From positions 24,312-88,311 of the forward strand of contig SVDX01000002.1 of NCBI GenBank assembly GCA_015057605.1: 64,000 bases of DNA, in the 5' to 3' direction. Made by a program: the position numbers and the translations under genes. The notes beneath the pieces are model-generated. The model saw only the letters and a list, made by a program, of their open reading frames with translations, searched no databases and was not told where the DNA came from. Positions 17,680 through 27,106 of this stretch are shown piece after piece. This DNA is from Lachnospira sp. Its GTDB lineage: Bacteria > Bacillota > Clostridia > Lachnospirales > Lachnospiraceae. Numbering within the stretch: position 1 is the first letter of the stretch; each line of letters begins with the position of its first letter.

Positions 17680-19349
17680 ATTTTACACCAATTTCCTTCC
17701 TCAACAAATTTTGTTGCCATATCTTCAGATGCCTTTATAATCTCCTTAGAGTATCCCATAATCCCTAAAAGCTTAATTGCATTTCTTGTTGTGGCACGTC
17801 CTTTGTAAAGATTATAACTAAAGAATATATCATCATTGATAATTTCTTCTCTAAAATGATAGTTACTGTACTTATCCTCTAATATCGTCGTAAGCTCAAT
17901 GTCATGTGTAGCTGCAAAACATAGCGCATTTTTCTGTGATATATCTGCAAGAATCTGTGATGAAGCCGCTATTCTTTCAACCGTATTAGTTCCTCGCAAA
18001 ACCTCATCAACAAAACACATAACCATATCATCATCATTTATTTCATCCAAAATACGCTTTAAGGCTTTTATCTCGACCATATAATAGCTTTCGCCACTGC
18101 CTATATCATCCTTTAAAGACATTGATGATATTATCTTATATATTGATGCCTTGTACTCTTTTGCAAGACAGGTATATATAGACTGTGCAAGCAATGCATT
18201 GATTGCTACTGTTTTTAAAAATGTTGACTTACCCGATGCATTCGAGCCTGTAAGTAATACAGAACGTTTCTCTGATATTGTATTTTTTACAGGTTCTTCT
18301 ATAAGCGGATGATACATATCCTTCGCATCAAATTGCTTTTCTTCAACAAATTGCGGCTTTGTATAATACTCAAGATACGCTCTATATGAAGCTACTGCAA
18401 TAAGTGCTTCTAACCCACCAATTGCACTATACAACTCATTAAGTTCCTTTGAATTATCATTAATGCAGTCAATCATATGATTGAATTTGATTAAATCAAT
18501 GTGAGTAATAATTTTCACATAGTCCATTATCATATCAATCAAAGAATCCTTAACATCATTCTTAGAAATCAACCAGAAATTTCTGCTAATCTTTGCAAAT
18601 ATACGATTTTTTTCATCAAATAGCTTATTGTATTTATCAAGCTTAGTTATATTTTCTTTAGATATTTTTTTGCCCGCTTCCAACATAGACATAATGTAGT
18701 TTAAGGCATTTATATAGGATGAATTTTTATTCTTTGTTTTGTAATAGTTATACATCGAAAATGATATAACCGCTAAAAACGCCATAACGCCTGATATTGG
18801 TTCAACAAAAAGCATATATAAAATCGAAATTATCTCTAAAATTATACACATATAATGCACTAAATTGCTTGTCTTTTTGATTGTACCTGCGTATTGTATA
18901 TAATCATATACGGACACCTTCTTTGTATAGCCCATTTGTGATAAATGATATTGTAGCTTTACAGCCTTGTCCTTATTTTTAGAAAAAAAGTCAATATACA
19001 AATCACGTTCCTTTAAAACCTCTTCAGATTGATATGCATTTCTAAGCATATAATAAAGATTTTCCTGTCCTATTGATGAGTGTGTATTGTTAATCATCAA
19101 AAACACCTTATCCATATCAAGGTCATCCCATGTTATATCATCAACACAAAAGCTACCGTCATCATAGCTGTCATAAAGACCTCGTATCGTTTCAAACTCA
19201 TCATAAGTAAACTCTTTATTAGGTAGTTTCCCCCATGCATCAGTTAATTCATATATTTTATTCTCATATTGTTTTTTTCTAACTAAAATAACAAATGCAA
19301 TAAATGCCAAAACTGACACTGCAATTATTGCTATAACCTCAGTTTTCAT
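17676..19349 (-). CDS. membrane-anchored MutS-related ATPase (MutS domain V only)
   Basis: N-terminal and central TM helices are present. The C-terminus has GSNASGKSTFLK (Walker A), DEVLRGTN and ATHDIEL, which are typical of the MutS ATPase domain. No mismatch-binding or Smr domain was recognized. Start set at the ATG 7 nt after GGAG. Confidence 0.75.
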   Translation of the reverse strand: MKTEVIAIIAVSVLAFIAFVILVRKKQYENKIYELTDAWGKLPNKEFTYDEFETIRGLYDSYDDGSFCVDDITWDDLDMDKVFLMINNTHSSIGQENLYYMLRNAYQSEEVLKERDLYIDFFSKNKDKAVKLQYHLSQMGYTKKVSVYDYIQYAGTIKKTSNLVHYMCIILEIISILYMLFVEPISGVMAFLAVISFSMYNYYKTKNKNSSYINALNYIMSMLEAGKKISKENITKLDKYNKLFDEKNRIFAKISRNFWLISKNDVKDSLIDMIMDYVKIITHIDLIKFNHMIDCINDNSKELNELYSAIGGLEALIAVASYRAYLEYYTKPQFVEEKQFDAKDMYHPLIEEPVKNTISEKRSVLLTGSNASGKSTFLKTVAINALLAQSIYTCLAKEYKASIYKIISSMSLKDDIGSGESYYMVEIKALKRILDEINDDDMVMCFVDEVLRGTNTVERIAASSQILADISQKNALCFAATHDIELTTILEDKYSNYHFREEIINDDIFFSYNLYKGRATTRNAIKLLGIMGYSKEIIKASEDMATKFVEEGNWCKI

Positions 19350-19371
19350 TAATAATCTCCATTCTTTTCTA

Positions 19372-19405
19372 TAAAACAAGGAAAAGTGCTACCATAAGTA
19401 GCACT
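19372..19405 (-). terminator. rho-independent terminator after the permease gene
   Basis: Minus strand reads AGTGCTAC-TTATG-GTAGCACT followed by TTTTCCTTGTTTT. Confidence 0.7.
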
Positions 19406-19422
19406 CTCCCATTTAGTATATT

Positions 19423-20781
19423 TTATAAGAAAATATATTTTGCGACAAAGAGTACTGCTAATACATACATTAGCCAGTTAACCTTTTTAGCTTTTCCTGT
19501 TAATGCATTAATTAATACATAACTGATTACGCCAATTGAAATACCTTCTGAAATACTATATGCAAATGGCATAATAATTACACAAAGATACGCTGGAATT
19601 GCATCTGCAAAATTTTCAAAGTCAATCTTTAAAATTGAACCTAACATAAGGAAGCCAACAATTATTAATGCTGGTGCTGTTGCAAATCCTGGTATAGCTA
19701 CGAATATAGGTGCAAGGAATACTGATAAAAGGAATAATATAGCTGATGTAACCGCTGTAAGACCTGTTCTACCACCTTCGGCAACACCTGATGCACTTTC
19801 AACAAAAGTTGTTGTTGTTGATGTACCAAGTAATGCACCTGCACTTGTTGCAATAGCATCTGAAAGTAATGCACCCTTAATCCTTGGAAGCTTACCATCC
19901 TTATCTAACATATCCGCCTTTGATGCAACACCAACAAGTGTTCCTAATGTATCAAATAAATCTACGAATAAGAAAGCAAATATAACTACAATAAATTCTA
20001 AAACGTCAACACTCTTAAAATCAGCCTTAAACATCTGTCCTGCTGTCTCTGTAATTGAATCAAATATCAACCAGTTACTAAAGTCTGGTATTAACGAATA
20101 CATACCTGCAGAAACATTTGGTACATATATACCTGTAAGCTCACATACAATACCTACAATCCATGTAAAGAGAATACCTAAAAGTATAGATCCTTTAACC
20201 TTCTTAACATACAATATTGCAGTTACTACTGTTCCAATTAATGCTAAAATTGCACCAATACCAACTGAATTAAAGTTAGTCTCAAAGCTTTGCATCTCTA
20301 CTAATGTTGCACCATCTACAACGATTTTAGCGTTTTGCAAACCAATAAATGCAATAAACAAACCAATACCAGCACTAACAGCATGCTTTAGTGTCATAGG
20401 AATTGAATTAAATATAGCTTCACGAACATTTGTAAGTGATAATAATATAAATATAATACCTTCTACAAATACGGCTGCTAACGCAACTCTCCAGTCATAG
20501 CCCATTGTAAGACATACTGTATAAGCAAAATATGCATTAAGTCCCATGCCTGGTGCAAGAACAAATGGTAAGTTAGCAAACAAAGCCATAAACATTGTTC
20601 CTATAAATGCAGCCAATGCTGTAGCAACTAATACCGCATTCTTATCCATACCTGTTACACTTAGGATACTTGGGTTAACCGCAAGAATATACGCCATTGT
20701 CATAAATGTCGTGATACCAGCAGCGATTTCAGTTTTAACTGTTGTGTTGTTTTCTTTGATTTTAAATAGTTTTTCTAACAT
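19423..20781 (-). CDS. NCS2/AzgA-family nucleobase (adenine/guanine/hypoxanthine) permease
   Basis: The N-terminus MLEKLFKIKENNTTVKTEIAAGITTFMTMAYIL is typical of the family, and the protein is polytopic. Confidence 0.85.
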   Translation of the reverse strand: MLEKLFKIKENNTTVKTEIAAGITTFMTMAYILAVNPSILSVTGMDKNAVLVATALAAFIGTMFMALFANLPFVLAPGMGLNAYFAYTVCLTMGYDWRVALAAVFVEGIIFILLSLTNVREAIFNSIPMTLKHAVSAGIGLFIAFIGLQNAKIVVDGATLVEMQSFETNFNSVGIGAILALIGTVVTAILYVKKVKGSILLGILFTWIVGIVCELTGIYVPNVSAGMYSLIPDFSNWLIFDSITETAGQMFKADFKSVDVLEFIVVIFAFLFVDLFDTLGTLVGVASKADMLDKDGKLPRIKGALLSDAIATSAGALLGTSTTTTFVESASGVAEGGRTGLTAVTSAILFLLSVFLAPIFVAIPGFATAPALIIVGFLMLGSILKIDFENFADAIPAYLCVIIMPFAYSISEGISIGVISYVLINALTGKAKKVNWLMYVLAVLFVAKYIFL

Positions 20782-20829
20782 ATTCATCCTCCGTTTTTTT
20801 ATTATGCCGAATCTAAAAAATACTCATTT

Positions 20830-20858
20830 ATTTTAACATATTTGGGCTAAATAGTCAA
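20830..20858 (-). promoter_or_regulatory. sigma-A type promoter for the permease gene
   Basis: Minus strand has TTGACT, a 17-nt spacer and TAAAAT. Confidence 0.5.
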
Positions 20859-22346
20859 TTATCCAAGCATAATACAAACAAGTCCCGAATTGTCATTCAT
20901 AACCTTTTCTATTGTGCCTCTAATCTTATCTACATTTTCAACAGACATATTGTGAATTTTATCATTTATGCCATCTGATACAATCTGTTCAACATTCTTA
21001 CCAAAAATATTTGTTTCCCATATATTATTGTCCTGATTTTCATTTACTTTAATGTAATCTATAAGGTCCTTTGCCTGTTGCTCTGTTCCTACTAATGGCG
21101 CAATTTCTGTTAAAATATCCGCTCGTATCATATGAATTGATGGAGCCTTTGCATTTATTTTTACGCCATATCTGTTGCCATTTTTAGTTATTGTCGGCTC
21201 AGCCAAATCTATTTCCTCTCTAATTGGTGAAACTACACCATATCCATTAGCCTTTACATTATACATAGCTTCTGAAACCTTTGAATATTCGTTTTTAAGC
21301 TTTGACATTTCCTTTATCGTACTTATTAATTCATAGTCATTTTTTATTACACTTCCGGTTATTGTACTCAATATCTCATAATAGAATTTGTCAAAAAGCT
21401 TTATACAAATATTAGCACAACCCTTTGCTAAAGAAACATCCTTGATTGCTATTTCTTCAACATATTCATCCGCTTTTGTATCTGTAAAATTTGTAATATC
21501 CCTAATCGTAAAAATATTATTAAATAGATTTTCAATTCGTTCAAGCACTGCTATTCTCATTGGTGCTTCTTCTTCTAAAAGCATAAACCATTCAGGTAAT
21601 GAAAAACTAATTTCATTTATTGGAAATTCATATAATATTGATTCTAAAATATTATGTACATCCTGTTCTTTTAATTGCTCACAGTCAATCGGTATGACAC
21701 TGACCTTATATTTATCACTGAGCATTTTAGCAAGTTCAATTGTCTCCTTTGCATATGGTCTGCTTGAATTTAATACTATTACATATGGCTTTCCTAATTT
21801 TGCAAGCTCATTTGCTGTCTGTTCCTCAGGCTTTTCATAATGTTTTCTTTCGATATCGCTAAATGAGCCATCACAGGTTACGATAATTCCAATAGTCGAA
21901 TGATCCTCAATAACCTTTCGTGTTCCTGCCTCTGCAGCCTTTGTAAATGGAATTTCATAGTTAAACCATGGTGTCTTTACCATTCTTTCAGCATCATTTT
22001 CAATATGACCACTGGCTGTCTCCACCATATAACCAACACAATCAATCATTCTAAAATTAAAGCTAATGTCATCTGAAAGTTTTATATTAGCACTTTCCTT
22101 TGGAATAAATTTAGGTTCTGTCGTCATAATTGTCTTTCCTGTTGCAGATTGTGGAAGCTCATCCTTTGCTCTTGCCTTTTCATGCTCATTTTCAATATTA
22201 GGAATCACCATTAAATCCATAAATCTTTTAATAAATGTTGATTTACCTGTTCTTACAGGACCAACAACTCCTATGTAAATATCTCCCTGGCATCGTTCAT
22301 TTATATCACGATACAAATCATAAGTCTTGTTTTCATTTTTTGGCAT
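20859..22346 (-). CDS. spoIVA: stage IV sporulation protein A (spore coat morphogenetic ATPase)
   Basis: DIYIGVVGPVRTGKSTFIKRFMD Walker A and family-typical length and sequence. Confidence 0.9.
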   Translation of the reverse strand: MPKNENKTYDLYRDINERCQGDIYIGVVGPVRTGKSTFIKRFMDLMVIPNIENEHEKARAKDELPQSATGKTIMTTEPKFIPKESANIKLSDDISFNFRMIDCVGYMVETASGHIENDAERMVKTPWFNYEIPFTKAAEAGTRKVIEDHSTIGIIVTCDGSFSDIERKHYEKPEEQTANELAKLGKPYVIVLNSSRPYAKETIELAKMLSDKYKVSVIPIDCEQLKEQDVHNILESILYEFPINEISFSLPEWFMLLEEEAPMRIAVLERIENLFNNIFTIRDITNFTDTKADEYVEEIAIKDVSLAKGCANICIKLFDKFYYEILSTITGSVIKNDYELISTIKEMSKLKNEYSKVSEAMYNVKANGYGVVSPIREEIDLAEPTITKNGNRYGVKINAKAPSIHMIRADILTEIAPLVGTEQQAKDLIDYIKVNENQDNNIWETNIFGKNVEQIVSDGINDKIHNMSVENVDKIRGTIEKVMNDNSGLVCIMLG

Positions 22347-22352
22347 AAAAAT

Positions 22353-22389
22353 ACCTCCTTCATTACTGTTATCAGTATATGAAGGAGGT
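22353..22389 (-). terminator. strong hairpin (terminator/attenuator) whose 3' arm contains the spoIVA SD
   Basis: ACCTCCTTCAT and ATGAAGGAGGT form an 11-bp perfect stem. It is extended by TACTG/CAGTA with one bulge, and on the minus strand it is followed by ATTTTTATG. Confidence 0.55.
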
Positions 22390-22402
22390 GGTTTAATTAT
22401 GT
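22374..22402 (-). promoter_or_regulatory. candidate sigma-E type promoter for spoIVA
   Basis: Minus strand reads ACATAAT, a 14-nt spacer, then CATATACT. The Bacillus sigma-E consensus is ZHATAXX-14-CATACAHT. Confidence 0.4.
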
Positions 22403-22410
22403 AAAATTAA

Positions 22411-23070
22411 TTATAAATCATCCATTACTTCCTTAATGAACTTATCAATATTCATAATCTCAACTCTAATATTTCTTAAGTGATCAATATGCTTAGAGAA
22501 TTGACCTCTATCGTTAAGAATATCAAGAGCCTTAATATCTGTACCATCAATCTCTGATAATGGAACGTTGTTGAACTGATTATCTTCAATTGCTGTCTGT
22601 ACAGCCTTAAGAGCGTTAACAAGTCTTGTCTTGTATGTAACGATTTCTTCTTCTAACTTAATCTTTCTATCCTGTTCCTTCTTAAGCTTCATATTTGAAA
22701 GAACTGATTGAGTATCTAAAATCTCATCGCCAGGATTGAACTTATAAACCATTGTAAATGGCTTCATAATCTTAATTAATTCCTGACCTACTTCGAAGTT
22801 AGAGTTAGTATTCTTAATAAATGTACTTACATCATTATCAACCTTAGGATAAGTAAATACCTCACCTAAAATATAGTAAACGCCGCTTTGTCTGGTAATT
22901 GTTCCGTTATCCATCTCATAGAATCTGAAACCGATAATCTTAACATCATTATCAGGGTTATCAAGAGTAATTGCTCTCTCCATTGCTGCGTCTTTGTCCC
23001 AAGAATCAACTGGTTCATTGCTATTAATAATACCAAAACCAACATTTAAAAATTGTACATAATTTTGCAT
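22411..23070 (-). CDS. hypothetical protein (219 aa, cytoplasmic, coiled-coil-like C-terminal half)
   Basis: Intact ORF with its own consensus-like promoter and a downstream hairpin. No family was recognized. Confidence 0.6.
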   Translation of the reverse strand: MQNYVQFLNVGFGIINSNEPVDSWDKDAAMERAITLDNPDNDVKIIGFRFYEMDNGTITRQSGVYYILGEVFTYPKVDNDVSTFIKNTNSNFEVGQELIKIMKPFTMVYKFNPGDEILDTQSVLSNMKLKKEQDRKIKLEEEIVTYKTRLVNALKAVQTAIEDNQFNNVPLSEIDGTDIKALDILNDRGQFSKHIDHLRNIRVEIMNIDKFIKEVMDDL

Positions 23071-23122
23071 AATAAATTCCCCGTTTCAATAACATATTTA
23101 CAATAATTGTAGAGCACTTTTA

Positions 23123-23151
23123 ATTATAGTATTTATTTTACTCAAAGTCAA
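23123..23151 (-). promoter_or_regulatory. sigma-A type promoter for the 219-aa hypothetical gene
   Basis: Minus strand has TTGACT, a 17-nt spacer and TATAAT. Confidence 0.6.
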
Positions 23152-23173
23152 TGTTTAATTTATTAAAATTCTA

Positions 23174-24184
23174 TTACGACCAAGGTAAATCTGAATGTTC
23201 TATTTTTTTGTCTCTAAACATCAATTCGCTAACTGCTTCCTTAGCAGGTAAATTATCAAATAAAATTCTATTTACAAGTTCAACTATAGGCATACTTACA
23301 TCGTATTTCTTAGCAAGTGCTAATGCTGCTTTTGCAGAATATACGCCTTCTACAACCATTTGAACTTCCTTCATTGCTGCTTCCATAGAATAACCCTGAC
23401 CTATTAAAAAGCCAGCCTTTCTGTTACGACTATGAACGCTTGCACATGTAACAATTAAATCGCCCATACCTGAAAGGCCTGAAAATGTCTGTGATTTTCC
23501 ACCCATTGCAACGCCAAGTCTCGTTATCTCAGCAATACCTCTTGTTATAAGAGCCGCTTTTGTGTTATCACCATAACCAAGTCCATCTGCCATTCCAGCA
23601 GCTAAAGCTATTACATTTTTTAAAGAGCCACCAAGTTCAATTCCAAGTACGTCAGGACTTGTATACACTCTAAAGGTTGGACCTGCAAAAATATTTTGTA
23701 TAAATTCTGCTGTTTTTTGATCCTTAGCACCTACTACACAAGTTGTAGGTATTCCTCTACCTACTTCTTCTGCATGACTTGGACCTGAAAGAACCGCAAC
23801 ATTTGCATTAGGAATCTCGTCATTAATTACCTCGACAAGAGTCATAAGAGTAGCTTCTTCAATGCCCTTTGCAACATTTACAATAATATGACCATCCTTA
23901 ACATAATCCTTTAGCTTTGCAGCCGTAACTCTTGTATATGGTGATGCAACTGCTAAAACTGACATATCCATACCATCAAGTGCCTGCTTAACATCTGTTG
24001 TAAATACCATATCATCCGGTAACTTTACACCTGGTAAGCATTTTTTATGTTCTCTTTCTTGATTAAGCATTTCGATTTCATCAGCTAACGCTGACCAAAC
24101 TGTTATTTCATGACCGTTAGTATGCAACAATACTGCTATGGCAATACCCCAGCTTCCTGCACCTAAAATACTAATTTTCGCCAT
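23174..24184 (-). CDS. gpsA: NAD(P)H-dependent glycerol-3-phosphate dehydrogenase
   Basis: MAKISILGAGSWG Rossmann start with family-typical sequence throughout. Confidence 0.95.
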   Translation of the reverse strand: MAKISILGAGSWGIAIAVLLHTNGHEITVWSALADEIEMLNQEREHKKCLPGVKLPDDMVFTTDVKQALDGMDMSVLAVASPYTRVTAAKLKDYVKDGHIIVNVAKGIEEATLMTLVEVINDEIPNANVAVLSGPSHAEEVGRGIPTTCVVGAKDQKTAEFIQNIFAGPTFRVYTSPDVLGIELGGSLKNVIALAAGMADGLGYGDNTKAALITRGIAEITRLGVAMGGKSQTFSGLSGMGDLIVTCASVHSRNRKAGFLIGQGYSMEAAMKEVQMVVEGVYSAKAALALAKKYDVSMPIVELVNRILFDNLPAKEAVSELMFRDKKIEHSDLPWS

Positions 24185-24203
24185 AAATCCTCCATTTATC
24201 CAC

Positions 24204-24845
24204 TTATTTTTTTCCTATTTTTCTCTCTGTTCCAGAAAGTAATCGCTGTATATTTGTTCTATGTCTTACGAATGCTAAAACCATCATTGCAGCGCCTATT
24301 GCGTATACCTCTAATAAATATTGTTCACCAACATTTATCATACCCAATTGTCCAAACACAACAAACTCAATAAACAATGCAAGCATCAGACACAAAGAAC
24401 CTAATGATACATATTTGCTGATTGCTGTGACAATCACAAATGTAAATAACTCCAAAAATGGAATTATAAGATTAAATGGGAATATTGTCATTATAACACC
24501 TGAAGATGCCGCAATTCCCTTTCCACCCTTAAACTTAAGGTAAAATGGAAAGTTGTGTCCTAATATTGCACCAAAACCCGAATACAAAATCAAAACAAAT
24601 TCCATATCCCCACTATCCCTACCAAAGAGGAAATGTACAACCACTGCTGATAATACAGTTTTTAAAGCATCGCCTATATATGTTATAATTCCTGCTTTTT
24701 TCCCGAGCGTTCTCATTGCATTAGTTGTTCCTGCATTACCGCTTCCATGTTCTCTAATATCAATGTTATGCAGTCTGCCATAAATATATCCTGTTTGGAA
24801 CAGACCAAAAACATATCCTATAGCCAAACTAAAAAGTCTTTCCAT
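24204..24845 (-). CDS. plsY: acyl-phosphate:glycerol-3-phosphate acyltransferase
   Basis: 213-aa polytopic protein with the GSGNAGTTNA and HNFP..KFKGGKG motifs. Confidence 0.9.
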   Translation of the reverse strand: MERLFSLAIGYVFGLFQTGYIYGRLHNIDIREHGSGNAGTTNAMRTLGKKAGIITYIGDALKTVLSAVVVHFLFGRDSGDMEFVLILYSGFGAILGHNFPFYLKFKGGKGIAASSGVIMTIFPFNLIIPFLELFTFVIVTAISKYVSLGSLCLMLALFIEFVVFGQLGMINVGEQYLLEVYAIGAAMMVLAFVRHRTNIQRLLSGTERKIGKK

Positions 24846-24850
24846 ATATA

Positions 24851-26179
24851 CTACTGCTCCTTTTCCTTACGCTCACGAATAATGAATCTAAGTGATGTAC
24901 CTCTAAATCCGAAAGCTTCTCGTATTTTATTTTCAATATATCTTGTGTAAGAAAAATGCATAAGCTCTTTATCATTTACAAATATAACAAATGTTGGTGG
25001 TTTAACTGAAACCTGTGTTATATAGTATAACTTTAAGCGCTTACCCTTATCCGAAGGTGGTTGTTGCATAGCAACCGCCTCAGTCATAATCTCATTTAAT
25101 ACACCTGTTGCCACTCTTAAGTTTTGATTTTCAATAACTGTATCAATTATATCATACATTTTGAATAATCTTTGACCTGTCTTTGCAGAAACAAATGTCA
25201 TCTCTGCATATGGCATATAAGCTAAAAATTCTTTTACCTTACGTGTAAATTCATATATTGTCTTGTCATTCTTTTCGATAGCATCCCACTTGTTAACGGC
25301 AATTATCATACCTTTGCCTCTCTCATGGGCAATACCAGCTATCTTTGCATCCTGTTCTGTAACACCCTCTGTAGCATCAATAACTAAGACAACTACATCT
25401 GCACGTTCAACAGCCGCAACAGTTCTAATTATACTGTATCTTTCAAGTTCTTCTTTTATCTTATTCTTTCTTCTAAGACCCGCGGTATCAATAAATACAT
25501 ATTCCTTACCATTATATTTTATAGCAGTATCTATTGCATCTCTTGTTGTCCCTGCAATATCTGAAACAATAACTCTATTCTCACCTAATAACTTGTTAAT
25601 TATTGATGACTTACCAACATTAGGCTTACCAACTATTGCTATACGAGGTCTATCATCCTCTTCATCCGTAAACTGATCAGGTCTAAAATGTGAAATAACC
25701 TCATCAAGCATATCACCAATTCCAAGCTTAGATGATGCAGAAACAGGATGTGGTTCACCAATTCCTAAATTATAGAATTCATATACATCTGCCATAAGCT
25801 TGTCAAAATTATCAACTTTATTAACAACCAATACAACAGGCTTCTTAGATCTTCTAAGCATATCTGCAACCTTTGCATCAGAATCAACAAGACCCTGTCT
25901 TACATCAACAACAAACATTATAACATCCGCTGTCGCGATAGCTATTTCTGCCTGTTCACGCATTTGCGATAATATTATATCGCTTGTATCAGGTTCAATA
26001 CCACCTGTGTCAATTAATGTAAAATTTGAATTAAGCCATGAAACTTCTGCATATATTCTATCTCTGGTAACACCAGGTGTATCTTTTACAATAGAAATCT
26101 GTTCACCGGCAAGTGCATTAAACAATGTCGATTTGCCTACATTAGGTCTGCCAACAATTGCTACTATAGGTTTGCTCAT
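24851..26179 (-). CDS. der: ribosome-associated GTPase Der/EngA
   Basis: Two tandem GTPase domains (GRPNVGKST and GKPNVGKSS) plus a KH-like C-terminus. Confidence 0.95.
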   Translation of the reverse strand: MSKPIVAIVGRPNVGKSTLFNALAGEQISIVKDTPGVTRDRIYAEVSWLNSNFTLIDTGGIEPDTSDIILSQMREQAEIAIATADVIMFVVDVRQGLVDSDAKVADMLRRSKKPVVLVVNKVDNFDKLMADVYEFYNLGIGEPHPVSASSKLGIGDMLDEVISHFRPDQFTDEEDDRPRIAIVGKPNVGKSSIINKLLGENRVIVSDIAGTTRDAIDTAIKYNGKEYVFIDTAGLRRKNKIKEELERYSIIRTVAAVERADVVVLVIDATEGVTEQDAKIAGIAHERGKGMIIAVNKWDAIEKNDKTIYEFTRKVKEFLAYMPYAEMTFVSAKTGQRLFKMYDIIDTVIENQNLRVATGVLNEIMTEAVAMQQPPSDKGKRLKLYYITQVSVKPPTFVIFVNDKELMHFSYTRYIENKIREAFGFRGTSLRFIIRERKEKEQ

Positions 26180-26216
26180 AATTGTTCTCCTTCTTCGTAT
26201 TCTTGTGACCTTTTAT

Positions 26217-26245
26217 ATAATAACAATATTAAAGTTTTTTGTAAA
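26217..26245 (-). promoter_or_regulatory. sigma-A type promoter for der
   Basis: Minus strand has TTTACA, a 17-nt spacer and TATTAT, with a TGn extension. Confidence 0.45.
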
Positions 26246-26253
26246 GTAGCAAC

Positions 26254-26282
26254 TTGACTTAATTTATCGCTAATGATATAAC
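26254..26282 (+). promoter_or_regulatory. sigma-A type promoter for the plus-strand hypothetical gene
   Basis: TTGACT, a 17-nt spacer and TATAAC, with a TGn extension. Confidence 0.5.
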
Positions 26283-26306
26283 TATTCTTATGAAAGGTGG
26301 GTGTTT

Positions 26307-27068
26307 ATGAGAAAGACATTTAAAGCTATGCTACTAACACTAATATTAACATTTGCACTTCCTTTATCTGTATGTGCAGATGACAACTATAAAAGCTATC
26401 CGATTGGCGAGGTTGACATTGATGTATATCTTCCAGAGGAGCTTGTAGTTTTCACTCGTGCCGTTACCGATTCTAACGAAAATTTGAAGTTAATTGACAG
26501 CACTGCTTCTAAATTGATATCTGATATGAAATCTGGTAACCTCTATATTTACGCAGTAGACAAAGAGTTAAGCTATGATCTTACCCTAAAGGTTACTAAA
26601 TCAAAGTCGTCAACAGATTTAATAGACCGCGATGAAGAAGAAATTAATAAGCTTATTAAAAACAAAACTGAAAGCTATAAAGAGACTAAAAATCTTCTTT
26701 TTACAAGTGCTGATGTTGTTTCTCACGAAGATGTTAAATTTATCAATTTCAAATACAGCTTACTAAATGAATTTGATGCTACTAAAACTGTATATGTAAG
26801 CAGCTATTATACAATTTATAAAGGACAGGAAGTTAATTTTCAGCTTCAGACCTACTCAAAGGAAGCAAGCTTAGATAAGGAACCAATTTTTGCAAATGCT
26901 ATGCAAAAGACACGTTTTGTCGAGGTTGAGGGCAACACCTCATCTGACGGAATCGTGTTTGGCGCATTAGAAATGCTTATCAGCTGTGTAATCGTAATCG
27001 CTTTTGTAGGACTTATACTTTTACTGGTACGAAGAAGTGCTAAGAAAAAAACAGATAATTATATCTAA
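26307..27068 (+). CDS. hypothetical exported protein with signal peptide and C-terminal TM anchor
   Basis: Signal peptide MRKTFKAMLLTLILTFALPLSVCA. C-terminal helix followed by RRSAKKK. An AAAGGTGGG SD precedes the ATG at 26307. Confidence 0.6.
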   Translation: MRKTFKAMLLTLILTFALPLSVCADDNYKSYPIGEVDIDVYLPEELVVFTRAVTDSNENLKLIDSTASKLISDMKSGNLYIYAVDKELSYDLTLKVTKSKSSTDLIDRDEEEINKLIKNKTESYKETKNLLFTSADVVSHEDVKFINFKYSLLNEFDATKTVYVSSYYTIYKGQEVNFQLQTYSKEASLDKEPIFANAMQKTRFVEVEGNTSSDGIVFGALEMLISCVIVIAFVGLILLLVRRSAKKKTDNYI

Positions 27069-27070
27069 AC

Positions 27071-27104
27071 AAAAAAGAATCTCGCTAAAACGAGATTCTT
27101 TTTT
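27071..27104. terminator. bidirectional rho-independent terminator between convergent genes
   Basis: AAAAAAGAATCTCG-CTAAAA-CGAGATTCTTTTTT, a 14-bp perfect inverted repeat with A6/T6 flanks. Confidence 0.8.
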
Positions 27105-27106
27105 GT

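Noticed and set aside
20782-20858. Purine riboswitch upstream of the nucleobase permease
   Set aside because: Only about 75 nt are available, most of it taken by a promoter and SD. No TATA...GGG / CCC...ACTA junction motifs of the purine aptamer are present.
21388-21840. Long antisense ORFs inside real genes (also 25263-25676, 25800-26249, 40775-41200, 55745-56215, 43263-43628 and others)
   Set aside because: All of them lie wholly opposite strongly supported genes and have low-complexity Ser/Leu/Ile/Phe-rich products with no SD. This is the usual mirror-frame artefact of AT-rich coding DNA.
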